From NCBI GenBank assembly GCA_963708045.1, contig OY970181.1, forward strand, positions 387,740 through 451,739: a stretch of 64,000 nt of DNA, in the 5' to 3' direction. This document shows, in pieces, positions 39,515 through 49,674 of this stretch. How positions within the stretch are numbered: the first letter of the stretch is position 1; each line of letters opens with the position of its first letter. The notes below the pieces were generated by a model that was not told the origin of the DNA, searched no databases, and was given only the letters and a program-made list of their open reading frames with translations. This stretch comes from an uncultured bacterium. Its GTDB lineage: Bacteria > Patescibacteriota > Patescibacteriia > CAIQCM01. The position numbers and the translations under genes are program-made.

Positions 39515-41232
39515 ATGTCTCCACTCTCAAAAATAAAACAAGAAATCATCAACGCGATTGCCCAAGTTTATCCAAACTCAACTTTGGTTGTTTCGGATAT
39601 TGTTCCCGCGCCAAGTCCGGCGCTCGGTGACCTCGCCGTACCAATGTTTAAGCTCGTAAAAGTTTTAAGTAAGTCGCCGAGCGCGATTGCCGAAGAGCTT
39701 CGCGAAAAAATGCCGTCTTTAAAAACGATTCAGAGCGCCGAAGTTGCCGGGCCGTATTTAAATTTGCGCTTGAATCAATCAGTAGTCATAAACAACGTAA
39801 TGGCGGCCATTACCAAAGAAAAAGCAAAGTACGGCAACGGAAAAGCAACTAAGGAAAAAATAATGGTTGAATTTGTCGCGCCGAACATTAATAAGCCGCT
39901 TCACTTGGGACACCTTAGAAACGCCGCGCTTGGCGAATCACTCTGCCGGATTTTAGAAGCCGCCGGCAACACGGTTGTTCGCTCTAATTTACTAAGTGAC
40001 AGGGGTGTTGGTGTTGCCAAAGCGATGGTGGCCTACGAACATTTTGGTGGCAACGAAACGCCAAAAAGCTCGGGAATGAAAGGTGATCATTTTGTTGGAA
40101 AATATTACGTGATGTTTGAACAAGAAAAAGTTCGGCACCCAGAAATTGAAAACGAAGTGGCTGAGTCGCTTAGAAAATGGGAAGCGGGGGACAAGGCCAC
40201 GCGCGCTCTTTGGCGGGTAATGACCGACTGGTGCGTAAAGGGACAAAACGAAACGCTAAAAATGCTTGGCGTTAAATACGACAAAGTTTATCGCGAAAGC
40301 GCGTTTTATAATGAAGGCCAGAAAATGGTTTTGGCGGCCTTGGAAAAAGGGATTTTTTCTAAAGACGAAAAAGGAAACGTTGTCGCCAAACTTCCGAACG
40401 AACCTGATAAAGTTGTTCTTCGTGCTGACGGGACGGCCGTCTATATTACAACCGACTTGCCGCTTACGGTTAAAAAAATGACTGAATTCAAATTGTCGCG
40501 GTGCTTGTGGGTTGTTGGAATGGAACAAGACCAGCACTTGCGCCAGCTTACTGGTATTATGCGGCTTTTGGGTTACAGGTGGGTAGACGCGCTTGAACAT
40601 GTTTCTATGGGCACGTCGCTCTTCCCGAAGGCCGGATGAAGTCGCGCGAAGGCACGGTCGTGGACATTGATGAATTAGTAGAACACCTTTCCAAGCTCGC
40701 GGCGGCGGAAATTAAAGAGCGCCACGACTTTTTGGATCAAGCCGAAGTGGACAAGCGCGCCGAAGAAATCGCTCTTGGCGCGGTTAAGTTTTATTTGTTG
40801 TCAGTTACGGCGACGAGCGGAATGACTTTTAATCCAAAAGAGTCGTTGTCCTTTAACGGCAAGACTGGTCCGTATTTGCAGTATACAAATGCACGCATTG
40901 CTTCTATTTTGCGCAAAGCCGCTCATGATAAAATAAAAATTGGCCGAATTGACGCCTCTAAACTTATTGAGCCGACGGAGTGGCAGCTTGTTTTGCGCTT
41001 GTCTGAGTTTGCCGATGCTATAGAAGCGGCCGCAAGCGGTCGCGACCCTTCGGTAATTGCCCGATATTGTTACGATCTTTCAAAATCATTCGCCGAATTT
41101 TACGAAAACGTTCCGGTTATAAAAGCCGAAGCAATATTTCGCTCCTCGCGGCTCGCGCTTTCGGCCGCCGTCGGGTTGGTGCTTGGTCGTAGTTTGGAAC
41201 TGCTCGCCATCCCCGCGCCAAAGGAAATGTAG
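39515..41232 (+). CDS. argS: arginine--tRNA ligase, split by a one-base frameshift near 40605
   Basis: APNINKPLHLGHLRNA, LRADGT..YITTD; adding one base restores HVSYGHVALPEGRMKSREG; GPYLQY.NARI. Confidence 0.92.
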
Positions 41233-41340
41233 AGTGCGCACAAAAAGTGTTCAGTTATCACATTTTTTCCACTGGATATTGCGGGGGATATGGGTTACTC
41301 TAACATTAGACATAAACTATTAATTTTAATTTAAAAAACT

Positions 41341-41736
41341 ATGTTCAAGAAAGAAGACGGAGTGGCGGTAGAAACAGTGATCGCCGCCGGCGTAAAAGTT
41401 GAAGGTGATTTTGTTTCTCCCGGCAATGTGCGCATTGAGGGGATTGTGAAAGGTTCGGTTAAAGCCGACGGAAATTTGTTTGTTTCCGAAACAGCACGAA
41501 TCGAGGCGGATGTTAAAGCGGAAAACGCGATGATTGCCGGAGAAGTTGTCGGCGATCTCACGGTTTCTGACAAATTGGAAATTACGAGCACAGCAAAAAT
41601 TAGCGGCGATATTTCCGCTAAGGTAATGTCAGTTGAAGCGGGTGCGACAATTTTGGGCAATTGTTCCATTGCCGCGGAAACATCGTCGGCAAAAAGTCGC
41701 GTAAAGGGAGAACGCACCGCCGAGGCCGAAGCCTAA
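41341..41736 (+). CDS. bactofilin (polymer-forming cytoskeletal protein)
   Basis: ETVIAAGVKVEGD, VRIEG.VKG, IAGEVVG, ISGDI....SVEAGA. Confidence 0.92.
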   Translation: MFKKEDGVAVETVIAAGVKVEGDFVSPGNVRIEGIVKGSVKADGNLFVSETARIEADVKAENAMIAGEVVGDLTVSDKLEITSTAKISGDISAKVMSVEAGATILGNCSIAAETSSAKSRVKGERTAEAEA

Positions 41737-41756
41737 GGGTCGGTATTTTTAAAAAT

Positions 41757-42512
41757 GTGTACCACTATATTTACGATTCATTTTTAACCGATCCCAAATA
41801 CGCAAAGATCCTTGGTAATATAGAAAATCGGCTGACGGACTTGGGAATTTTTGGCAGCGTTCATCGCCTGGCGCTTTTTAAGTCAATGAAGGGCGCGATT
41901 AGCGACGCCGTGCGCCGCGGCGCAAAAACGGTCGTGATTGTCGGCGACGATCTTTCGGTTGCCAAAGCCGTTGACGCGATTCCCGAGTTTAAAGACGCGA
42001 TTTTTGGGATTATGCCAATTGGCACGAAAAACAACATCGCCGAACTTTTGGGTATTCCGATTGGCGAAGCCGCTTGCGACACACTCTCGGCGCGGCTTAT
42101 TGAAGAATTGGATTTGGGCAAAGTAAATAATCATTATTTTTTGACTTCGCTTCGCGTGCCGGGTGTTGTGAAAGCCGAGTGCGACGGGCGCTATACGGTT
42201 TCGCCGATTTCTGCCGGTGAAATCTGTGTGAATAATTTTTCTATTGATGGTTCGGCTTCTAACCCGCGCGACGGCTTGCTTGAAACAATGGTCAAGACAA
42301 CCAAGCGAAATTTTTTTGGTTCGCTTTTTGCTCGCACGCCAGCGGCGGCGAGTGTTAGTGTTTTTCCCGTGGAGAAAGCAATTATACGTTCTGGTAATGG
42401 CGAAGAGGTAACAGGGATGGCCGATGGTCAAGCAATTTCCGACGCTGAATTTCGCGTTGAAGTGATGCCGCGGCATTTTAAAGTGATTGTCGGCAAAGAA
42501 CGGAAGATATGA
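41757..42512 (+). CDS. diacylglycerol kinase-family protein with degenerate GGDG motif
   Basis: TVVIVGDD, GIMPIG..NNIAELLGIP, LDLGKVN, NPRDGLLE; GTG start inferred. Confidence 0.72.
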   Translation: MYHYIYDSFLTDPKYAKILGNIENRLTDLGIFGSVHRLALFKSMKGAISDAVRRGAKTVVIVGDDLSVAKAVDAIPEFKDAIFGIMPIGTKNNIAELLGIPIGEAACDTLSARLIEELDLGKVNNHYFLTSLRVPGVVKAECDGRYTVSPISAGEICVNNFSIDGSASNPRDGLLETMVKTTKRNFFGSLFARTPAAASVSVFPVEKAIIRSGNGEEVTGMADGQAISDAEFRVEVMPRHFKVIVGKERKI

Positions 42513-43420
42513 GCAAATACGTTGACTTGCACGCGCATACGACCTATTCCGACGGCCATGATACGCCGTCGGAGGTTGTTAAAATGGCGGCCGAGCAAAA
42601 TGTTTCAATTCTCGGCATCGCCGATCATGACAATTTGGAAGGTTTAAAAGAAGCGCTTGTGGCTGGCAAAAAATATGGCGTCAAAATTGTTTGCGGTGTG
42701 GAAATATCAACCGTCTTTCATAATTCAACTATTCATTTGCTTGGTTACGGCTTGCCATTAGATGACGCCGCGTTTAATAGTTTTTTGTCGGGCATTTATT
42801 GACAAAGAAAAAATCGATTGCTTGAGGTTGTTAAAAAATTAAACGAAAAATTTAATGTCGAAGGGCGGCGGGTGGTGAATCTTAAAGATTATGAAAATAC
42901 GCTGGGAAAATATTTTAATTTTGAAAAAACAGCGCAATATTTAATCGTCAACGGTTTTTTTACGGATTTTGAAAAAACTAGAAAATTGCTCATTGGCTTA
43001 AGTGATGGTGGGGGATATTTTGTTTCTGTTGCTGATGCAATACGGGCTGTTCACGAAGCCAATGGGCTTGCAATTTTGTCGCATCCTTTTGCTCGCGGCA
43101 CGTCGCTTAAAAAAATTGATCCGACGCCGGCGGGGCAAGAGGTATTGCTTAAAGAAATAATCGCGGCGGGTATAGACGGGATGGAGTGTTATCAGTCGGA
43201 ATACGGCCCCGAAGAAACGGCGCTCGCCCTCGCGCTCGCCCTGAAATATAATTTATTGGTATCGGCTGGAAGCGATTGGCACGGCGCGATTTGCGACATT
43301 CCAGGGGATATGAAAGACCGAAAATCTTTTTATCCCGAGCATGTCGGCGGGTTAAAGATTGCGCCACAAACAGTCGCGCCGTTCCTTGAACGCCTTGGCA
43401 TAAACGTTGACAAGGATTAA
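42509..43420 (+). pseudogene. PHP-domain (TrpH/YciV-like) phosphoesterase interrupted by an in-frame TGA at 42800
   Basis: DLHAHTTYSDG, IADHD, GVEIS, HLLGY before the stop; AILSHP, DGMEC, SAGSDWHG after it, same frame. Confidence 0.85.
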
Positions 43421-43457
43421 AAATTTTAGCATAATCTCCTCAGTAACAAAGAAGTAA

Positions 43458-43543
43458 GCTCGGGTGGTGAAATGGTATACACGCTACCTTGAGGTGGTAG
43501 TACCCGTAAGGGTGTGGAGGTTTGAGTCCTCTCCCGAGCACCA
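43458..43543 (+). tRNA. tRNA-Leu(GAG) with non-canonical T-loop
   Basis: anticodon arm ctacc-ttGAGgt-ggtag; long variable arm; CCA; T-loop TTTGAGT; promoter TTGACA-N17-CATAAT at 43407-43435. Confidence 0.93.
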
Positions 43544-43671
43544 AAAAATCCTACCTATTTGGGTAGGATTTTTTGTATTGAGATTTCTGAAAGACAAAGA
43601 CGTTTTGTAATGTGGATAATTTGTGATTAAAGGATATTGACGATCTTGATATTATGCAGTAAGGTGGCGGT

Positions 43672-44250
43672 ATGTTAATAAAAGAGTTTGCACAAGTTAT
43701 CGGTGGTTATGTCTTTCGGGAAGCGATACAGCCGGATAATAACGGCGATATCTGTGTTTTTCAAGCCAAAGACCTCACTGCTGGCGAAGCTATTGAAAAC
43801 GTTGGTACACTTACAAAAATTTCTTATAACATCCCCGAGTACGCCGGTCATCTTAAAAAGAACGACATTTTGGTTGTCGCTCGGGGTATGAGGTCAGGGT
43901 CATTTCGGTCGGCGGTTTTTGTTTCCGACGCACCAAACGTAATCGCCTCGTCCTCCATCCACATAATTCGGATAACCGCCGCTGGCGTAATGCCGGAATA
44001 TGTTTCGCGGTATCTTAATTCAAAAATTGGCCAAGACGCGCTTACGCAGATCGTTTCCGGTTCGTATATCGGCTCCCTGCCGCGTAAGGAAGTGGAAAAA
44101 ATAAAGATCCCCATCCCGACACTAGAAAAACAAAAAGCAGTTGTGGATCTGGATCGGAATATACGTGAGCAAGAAAAAATTATCAACCGTCAGAGCGAAA
44201 TAAAGCACAATCTTATGAACGCAATCTTTACCAGCCTAGCCGCTAAATAA
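43672..44250 (+). CDS. hsdS: half-size (single-TRD) type I RM specificity subunit
   Basis: LKKNDIL, PEY..YLNS, IPIPTLEKQKAVV; precedes hsdM. Confidence 0.78.
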   Translation: MLIKEFAQVIGGYVFREAIQPDNNGDICVFQAKDLTAGEAIENVGTLTKISYNIPEYAGHLKKNDILVVARGMRSGSFRSAVFVSDAPNVIASSSIHIIRITAAGVMPEYVSRYLNSKIGQDALTQIVSGSYIGSLPRKEVEKIKIPIPTLEKQKAVVDLDRNIREQEKIINRQSEIKHNLMNAIFTSLAAK

Positions 44251-44255
44251 ATATT

Positions 44256-45770
44256 ATGCCAACTGAAAAAAAATACACTCAGGAAGACTTAAACAAAACG
44301 CTTTGGGCGGCGGCTGATTCGTCACGCAGCAATGTGGACGGTGGTGTTTACAAGGATTACGCCCTCACGATGCTATTTTTAAAATACGTCAGCGATTTGA
44401 ATAAAAAGCGCTACGCCGAGTATAAGGCGCGTTTTAAGAACGACGAAAAGCGCGTTGAAGAAAAAATGAAGCTGGATCGCTTTTATCTTCCTCCTAAGTC
44501 GTCGTTTGATTACATCTACAGTAAGATTGAGGAAGACAACATTGGCGAAGAAATTAATAAAGCGCTACACCGCATTGAAGACGCCAACAAGGAAAAGCTG
44601 GACGGCGTGTTTAGTGTGGACTTTAATTCTGAATCAGTACTGGGAAAATTGGATTCGCGCAATAAAATGCTCCGCCATCTTATTCAGGATTTTGCCAAGA
44701 TTGACCTTTCGGATGTCGGCGACGACATTATCGGAAATTCGTACATGTACATGATTGAACGCTTTGGCGCCGATGCTGGGAAGAAAGCCGGAGAATTTTT
44801 CACAACTAAATCCGTGGCGCGGCTCGTGGCGATGCTCGCTGAACCAAAAGAAGGCGACCGGATTTCCGACCCTGCTTGTGGATCGGGCGGCTTGCTTCTT
44901 TTGGCTGGCGAAGAGGTTGAAAAGAAAGGCTCAAAAAACTACGCGCTTTATGGTCAAGAATCAACTGGCTCCACTTATCAGCTTGCACGGATGAATATGT
45001 TCTTGCACGGCAAAGACTCGGCGCGGATTGAATGGGGCGACACGCTTAATAACCCACTCTTGGTTGAAAATGACCAGCTTATGCATTTTGATGTGGTCGT
45101 TGCCAATCCGCCGTTCTCGCTTAAAAAGTGGGGCGCCGAACACGCCGGATCAGATAAATACAACCGTTTTTGGCGCGGCATTCCGCCCAAGGACAAAGGC
45201 GACTTTGCCTTTATTACTCACATGGTGGAAACCGCCAAACCCAAAACCGGCCGCGTGGCCGTTATTGTTCCGCACGGTGTACTTTTTAGGAGCGGTGCCG
45301 AAGGTAAAATCCGCACCGAGCTATTAAAAGAAAATATCATTGATACCGTGATCGGATTACCTGCTGGTTTATTTCAGACAACCGGTATCCCGGTCGCCGT
45401 TTTGGTTATTGACCGCTCACGCGAAAAAGGCGGCGCGAATGAAAAGAAGAAAGATGTTTTGTTCATTGAGGCCTCTAAGGAATTCAAACCCGGAAAAGCG
45501 CAAAACACCTTGACCGACGAAAACATCGCCAAAATTTTTGACACCTACAAACAACGCAAAAATATCACTAAGTTTTCACGCAAGGTTGAATTAAAGGAAA
45601 TTGAAGAAAATGATTTCAATCTCAACATCACACGCTATGTTGACACCTTCATTGAAGAAACTCCGATAGACATCAAAGCCAACCTCCGTGAACTCGCCGC
45701 CCTTGAGCCGGAGCTTAAGAAGCTAGAAAAACAGATGGATGAGTATCTAAAAGAGCTTGGAATTAAATAG
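44256..45770 (+). CDS. hsdM: type I RM methyltransferase subunit (N6-adenine)
   Basis: GKKAGEFFT, DPACGSGGLL, LARMNMFLHG, VANPPF, VPHGVLFR, NLNITRYVD. Confidence 0.96.
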   Translation: MPTEKKYTQEDLNKTLWAAADSSRSNVDGGVYKDYALTMLFLKYVSDLNKKRYAEYKARFKNDEKRVEEKMKLDRFYLPPKSSFDYIYSKIEEDNIGEEINKALHRIEDANKEKLDGVFSVDFNSESVLGKLDSRNKMLRHLIQDFAKIDLSDVGDDIIGNSYMYMIERFGADAGKKAGEFFTTKSVARLVAMLAEPKEGDRISDPACGSGGLLLLAGEEVEKKGSKNYALYGQESTGSTYQLARMNMFLHGKDSARIEWGDTLNNPLLVENDQLMHFDVVVANPPFSLKKWGAEHAGSDKYNRFWRGIPPKDKGDFAFITHMVETAKPKTGRVAVIVPHGVLFRSGAEGKIRTELLKENIIDTVIGLPAGLFQTTGIPVAVLVIDRSREKGGANEKKKDVLFIEASKEFKPGKAQNTLTDENIAKIFDTYKQRKNITKFSRKVELKEIEENDFNLNITRYVDTFIEETPIDIKANLRELAALEPELKKLEKQMDEYLKELGIK

Positions 45771-45773
45771 TCT

Positions 45774-47588
45774 ATGAAAATTTCATCATTAGAAATTAAA
45801 GACTTCCCGCCAATTAAAAATCTAAAGATGGAAAATCTTGGGGATATTGTAATTATTGCTGGAGCAAATGGTTCGGGGAAAAGCAGACTTAAAGAGGCTA
45901 TAGTAAGTACCTTTCAAGGTGGGAATCAAATGTCCATCTCTTTGCTGGCAACAAGAGAAAAAGAAAATGAAGATTTTGGAGGAGGTACTCTAACTGCTAC
46001 ACAAGGGGTTGCAAGTCAAACGCTAGCTGAGTATATGAGGAAGAGGCGGTATGGCCGTGGCCAGTATGTTGGTTCTCTGGTCCAAATAGATTCGCAACGA
46101 AATATTCAGACCACTCAATACCCACAGGTTAGTTGGCAAGTTTCTGATCCAGATGAAGTCGAAACGCCAAGTACTTTTTATTATCAAAATTTTACCAACA
46201 GGTGGCAAGACTTCATGACTTATATTCATAAAAAAGTAGCTGCCTACCAAAATCAACTAGCTACGGAAGTTATCAATGGGTCAGAAATAACAGCAAAGAC
46301 TATTAAGGAAAAATTGCCACACCCACTACAGAAATATAAAGAAATCTTTAAAACTCTACTTTCGGAAAAAGAGCTTCTTGATATTGATCCATTATCACCT
46401 CGTGAATTTCAATACCGGGATAAAACCGGCGTAGTCTTACCATTTAATTCCTTAAGTTCTGGCGAGCAAGAAGTTGTTAAGATTCTGTTTGATGTTGCAA
46501 GGAAAGATATAAAAGACTCGGTAATTATTGTGGATGAGCCTGAACTTCATTTACACCCAACTCTTACATTCAAATTAATTGAAGCTCTTAAATCCGTGGG
46601 GGATCACACAAATCAATTCATATTTTTGACACACTCTGCTGATTTAATTTCTACCTATTACTCGACTGGTAATGTTTATTTTATAGACTCAGAGCAGGGT
46701 GGCGCTAACCAGGCACATAGGCTAAGCGATCTTAATCACAGCCATAAGGAGCTGGTAAGCTTGATAGGTGAAAATCTTGGGCTGTTTGCAGTAGGAAAAA
46801 AACTTGTATTTGTTGAAGGTGAAGATTCTAGTACGGACAGGCTTGTATACCATGCATTGGCACAAAAGTATTTGCCAGAGGCAAAGGTCATACCCGTTGG
46901 TTCAGTTGAGAATTTGATTACTTTAAATGTTTTTGAGCGGCAGATTAGAAATTCTATATTTGGAATTGACCTATATATGGTCCGAGATAAAGATGGGCTA
47001 TCTACTACTCAAATTAGCGCTCTTGAAGATGGTGGTAAGATAAAGTGTCTTAGGAAAAGACATATTGAAAATTATTTTCTTGATTCAGATGTTTTGTTTA
47101 AAGTTGCGGAAAAGCTTTATATAACCACTACAAAACCTACTGTTACACATCAGTATATTGAAGAACAGCTTAAAATCATTGCTTCTGAACAAGTTAGTCT
47201 TAACTTACTTCAAAATACAAAAGAATATATAGCAACAAATCATAACTTTGATATTCCTACTGTCAAATCACTTGATACAAAAAATTGCGTTGATGTGGTT
47301 AATGAGTTCTCTTTTGAAATAGCGAGTGTTTTACATAGCCTTGTGTCTAACCTGTCTGACGTAAAGTTGAAAGAATGGATGAACGGAGAAAAAGAAAGAC
47401 TTGATGGCGCGTTGACCAGCGATAAGTGGAAAGATGAATTTAGGGGTAAAAATATTTTCTCAAAGTTATGTAGTGATGTCCTTGGTGAAGATAAAATCAA
47501 AATACGACAAGTATATATTGACGTTGCTTTGAATGAAAAACCGGAAGTTTTTAGTGATATTAAAGGAATACTGGAAAGTTTTAAGTGA
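45774..47588 (+). CDS. ABC-type ATPase fused to a TOPRIM nuclease domain (OLD / PARIS AriAB-like)
   Basis: GANGSGKS, LSSGEQE, IIVDEPELHLHP, LTHS, VFVEGED..D, RDKD, HIENY, FRGK. Confidence 0.82.
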   Translation: MKISSLEIKDFPPIKNLKMENLGDIVIIAGANGSGKSRLKEAIVSTFQGGNQMSISLLATREKENEDFGGGTLTATQGVASQTLAEYMRKRRYGRGQYVGSLVQIDSQRNIQTTQYPQVSWQVSDPDEVETPSTFYYQNFTNRWQDFMTYIHKKVAAYQNQLATEVINGSEITAKTIKEKLPHPLQKYKEIFKTLLSEKELLDIDPLSPREFQYRDKTGVVLPFNSLSSGEQEVVKILFDVARKDIKDSVIIVDEPELHLHPTLTFKLIEALKSVGDHTNQFIFLTHSADLISTYYSTGNVYFIDSEQGGANQAHRLSDLNHSHKELVSLIGENLGLFAVGKKLVFVEGEDSSTDRLVYHALAQKYLPEAKVIPVGSVENLITLNVFERQIRNSIFGIDLYMVRDKDGLSTTQISALEDGGKIKCLRKRHIENYFLDSDVLFKVAEKLYITTTKPTVTHQYIEEQLKIIASEQVSLNLLQNTKEYIATNHNFDIPTVKSLDTKNCVDVVNEFSFEIASVLHSLVSNLSDVKLKEWMNGEKERLDGALTSDKWKDEFRGKNIFSKLCSDVLGEDKIKIRQVYIDVALNEKPEVFSDIKGILESFK

Positions 47589-47590
47589 TT

Positions 47591-48820
47591 ATGAAAATTA
47601 ATAAACCACAAACAAACATACCTCATGGTTGGAATTTTTATAAACTTAGCGATCTCCTTACTGTTGTTGTAGATAATCGTGGTAAAACACCGCCTATTCA
47701 AACAAGTGGGATCCCTATGGCAGAGGTAAATGCTATTGGCGATAAGAATATTGAATATTCTGAAATAACTAAGTTTGTTAGTGAAGAAACTTATAAAACA
47801 TGGTTCCGTAAACATTTAGAGAAAAATGATATCCTCTTTTCTACCGTTGGAAGAACTGCGTCTTGCTCTCTTTATACTGCAAAAATAAAGACGGTAATTG
47901 CTCAAAATTTAATAGGGTTAAGATTCGGAAAAGATAATCCTGAGTTTATGTTTTATCTTTTAACCCAAGACAAGAACAATCAACAATTTAAGAATATTGA
48001 GATGAACGCCGCACAGCCAAGTGTTAAAGTATCCCAAATGATACGACTTGAATTTTTGCTTCCACCCCTCCCCGAACAAAACCGGATTGTTGCAGTATTG
48101 GAAACTTGGGATAAGGCGATTGAAAAATTGGCGGAAAAAATTGAGATTAAAAAAGAGATTAAAAAAGTTTTAATGCAAGAATTATTGACAGCCCAGAAGC
48201 GTCTAATCGGATTTAAAGATAAATGGGCGAACGTAAAACTTGCTGATATTGCTGAAATTTTTTCGGGAGGAACGCCCGATACAAGCAATCAGGATTTCTG
48301 GAGTGGTGAGATAAATTGGATAACTCCGACAGAAATTACTAAAACAGGCAAATATATAGTATTAGAAACAGAGAAGAAGATCACAGGCGCTGGTCTTAAA
48401 AATTGCTCAGCAAAATTACTACCTAAAAATTCTTTGGTCATATGTACTCGTGCGACGGTTGGAGAATGTTCAATTTCTACATATCCAATTTGCACAAACC
48501 AGGGATTTAAAAATTTAGTTCCTAAGAAAAATACAACAGTTGAATATCTGTATTATTTTATTAAGTCAATTAAATCAAAACTTATAAAACTAGGATCCGG
48601 TAGTACTTTTCTTGAAGTCTCAAAGGGTGACATTGAAAAATTAAAATTATATCTACCACCACTAACTGAGCAAATTGCGATTGCAAATATTTTGACCACA
48701 GCCGATAAGGAAATTGCTGAACTCGAAAAAACCCTCTCACTTTTAGAAGAACAAAAAAGATATCTTCTTAACGAACTGATTACTGGTACAATCAGAACAC
48801 CTGAAACATTATCAGTCTAA
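47591..48820 (+). CDS. hsdS: type I RM specificity subunit with two TRDs
   Basis: IPHGW, RGKTP, LPPLPEQNRIVAVL, SGGTP, TNQGF, LPPLTEQIAIANIL. Confidence 0.94.
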   Translation: MKINKPQTNIPHGWNFYKLSDLLTVVVDNRGKTPPIQTSGIPMAEVNAIGDKNIEYSEITKFVSEETYKTWFRKHLEKNDILFSTVGRTASCSLYTAKIKTVIAQNLIGLRFGKDNPEFMFYLLTQDKNNQQFKNIEMNAAQPSVKVSQMIRLEFLLPPLPEQNRIVAVLETWDKAIEKLAEKIEIKKEIKKVLMQELLTAQKRLIGFKDKWANVKLADIAEIFSGGTPDTSNQDFWSGEINWITPTEITKTGKYIVLETEKKITGAGLKNCSAKLLPKNSLVICTRATVGECSISTYPICTNQGFKNLVPKKNTTVEYLYYFIKSIKSKLIKLGSGSTFLEVSKGDIEKLKLYLPPLTEQIAIANILTTADKEIAELEKTLSLLEEQKRYLLNELITGTIRTPETLSV

Positions 48821-48830
48821 AAATAACAAT

Positions 48831-49670
48831 ATGAAAAAAGTACTATCCGCCATCAATCATCCGGCCATGTTTGAACAGTCCGAGGTTTGACGGGTTTGGC
48901 ATAAAGAGCAATGGTTTTTTGCGATAAACGATGTGGTTGGGGTTTTGTCGCAAACCTCAAATGTTACCGATTATATTAAGAAAATGAGGCAGCGTGATGC
49001 TGAATTAGCCAAAGGGTGGGGACAGATTGTCACCCCCCTTTCCGTTAAAACAAAAGGCGGCGTTCAAAAGCTCAATTGTGCCAGTCTAGCCTCTATTTTT
49101 CGCATTGTTCAGTCAATTCCTTCGCCACAAGCTGAACCTTTTAAGCGTTGGTTGGCAAAAGTTGGGGGCGAGCGGATAGAAGAAATGCAGAACCCCGAAC
49201 TTGCGCTTAACCGTTCTCGTGAATATTGGAAAAAGCATGGCCGAAGCGAAAAATGGATTCAACAAAGAATGATGGGACAAGAATCTCGCAATAGGCTGAC
49301 GGATTACTGGAAACAGACAGGGGTTAAGGAGGGACAGGAATATGCCGTGCTCACGAATATTATCCATCAAGAATGGAGCGACTTGAGCGTAAAAGATCAC
49401 AAAGCGCTTAAGGGGTTGTCCAAGGTCAATAATTTACGCGACCATATGAATGAGGCCGAGCTAATTTTTACAGCTTTGGCAGAGCTTTCTACTAGGCAGA
49501 TTGCTGAGACGGAAAAAGCCATCGGGTTTGATGGAAATAAGTCGCCAGCCTTGCGCGGAGGACAAATTGCAAAGAATGCACGCTTGGCGCTTGAGGAAAA
49601 AACTGGAAAACGAGTAGTGAGCGGAGAAAATTATTTAACAGGCGGACGGAAAACAAAACGATTAAAGTAA
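48831..49670 (+). pseudogene. BRO-N domain (phage antirepressor-like) protein interrupted by an in-frame TGA at 48888
   Basis: FEQSEV*RVWHKEQWFFAINDVV; FRIVQSIPSPQAEPFKRWLA; NLRDHMNEAELIFTALAE. Confidence 0.85.
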
Positions 49671-49674
49671 TCAT

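Noticed and set aside
42800-48890. Genome-wide TGA recoding (code 25 Gly or code 4 Trp) or selenocysteine
   Set aside because: TGA ends normal genes here (13221, 25045, 42512, 47588). The BRO TGA falls at an expected Arg. The long core genes are open under the standard code.
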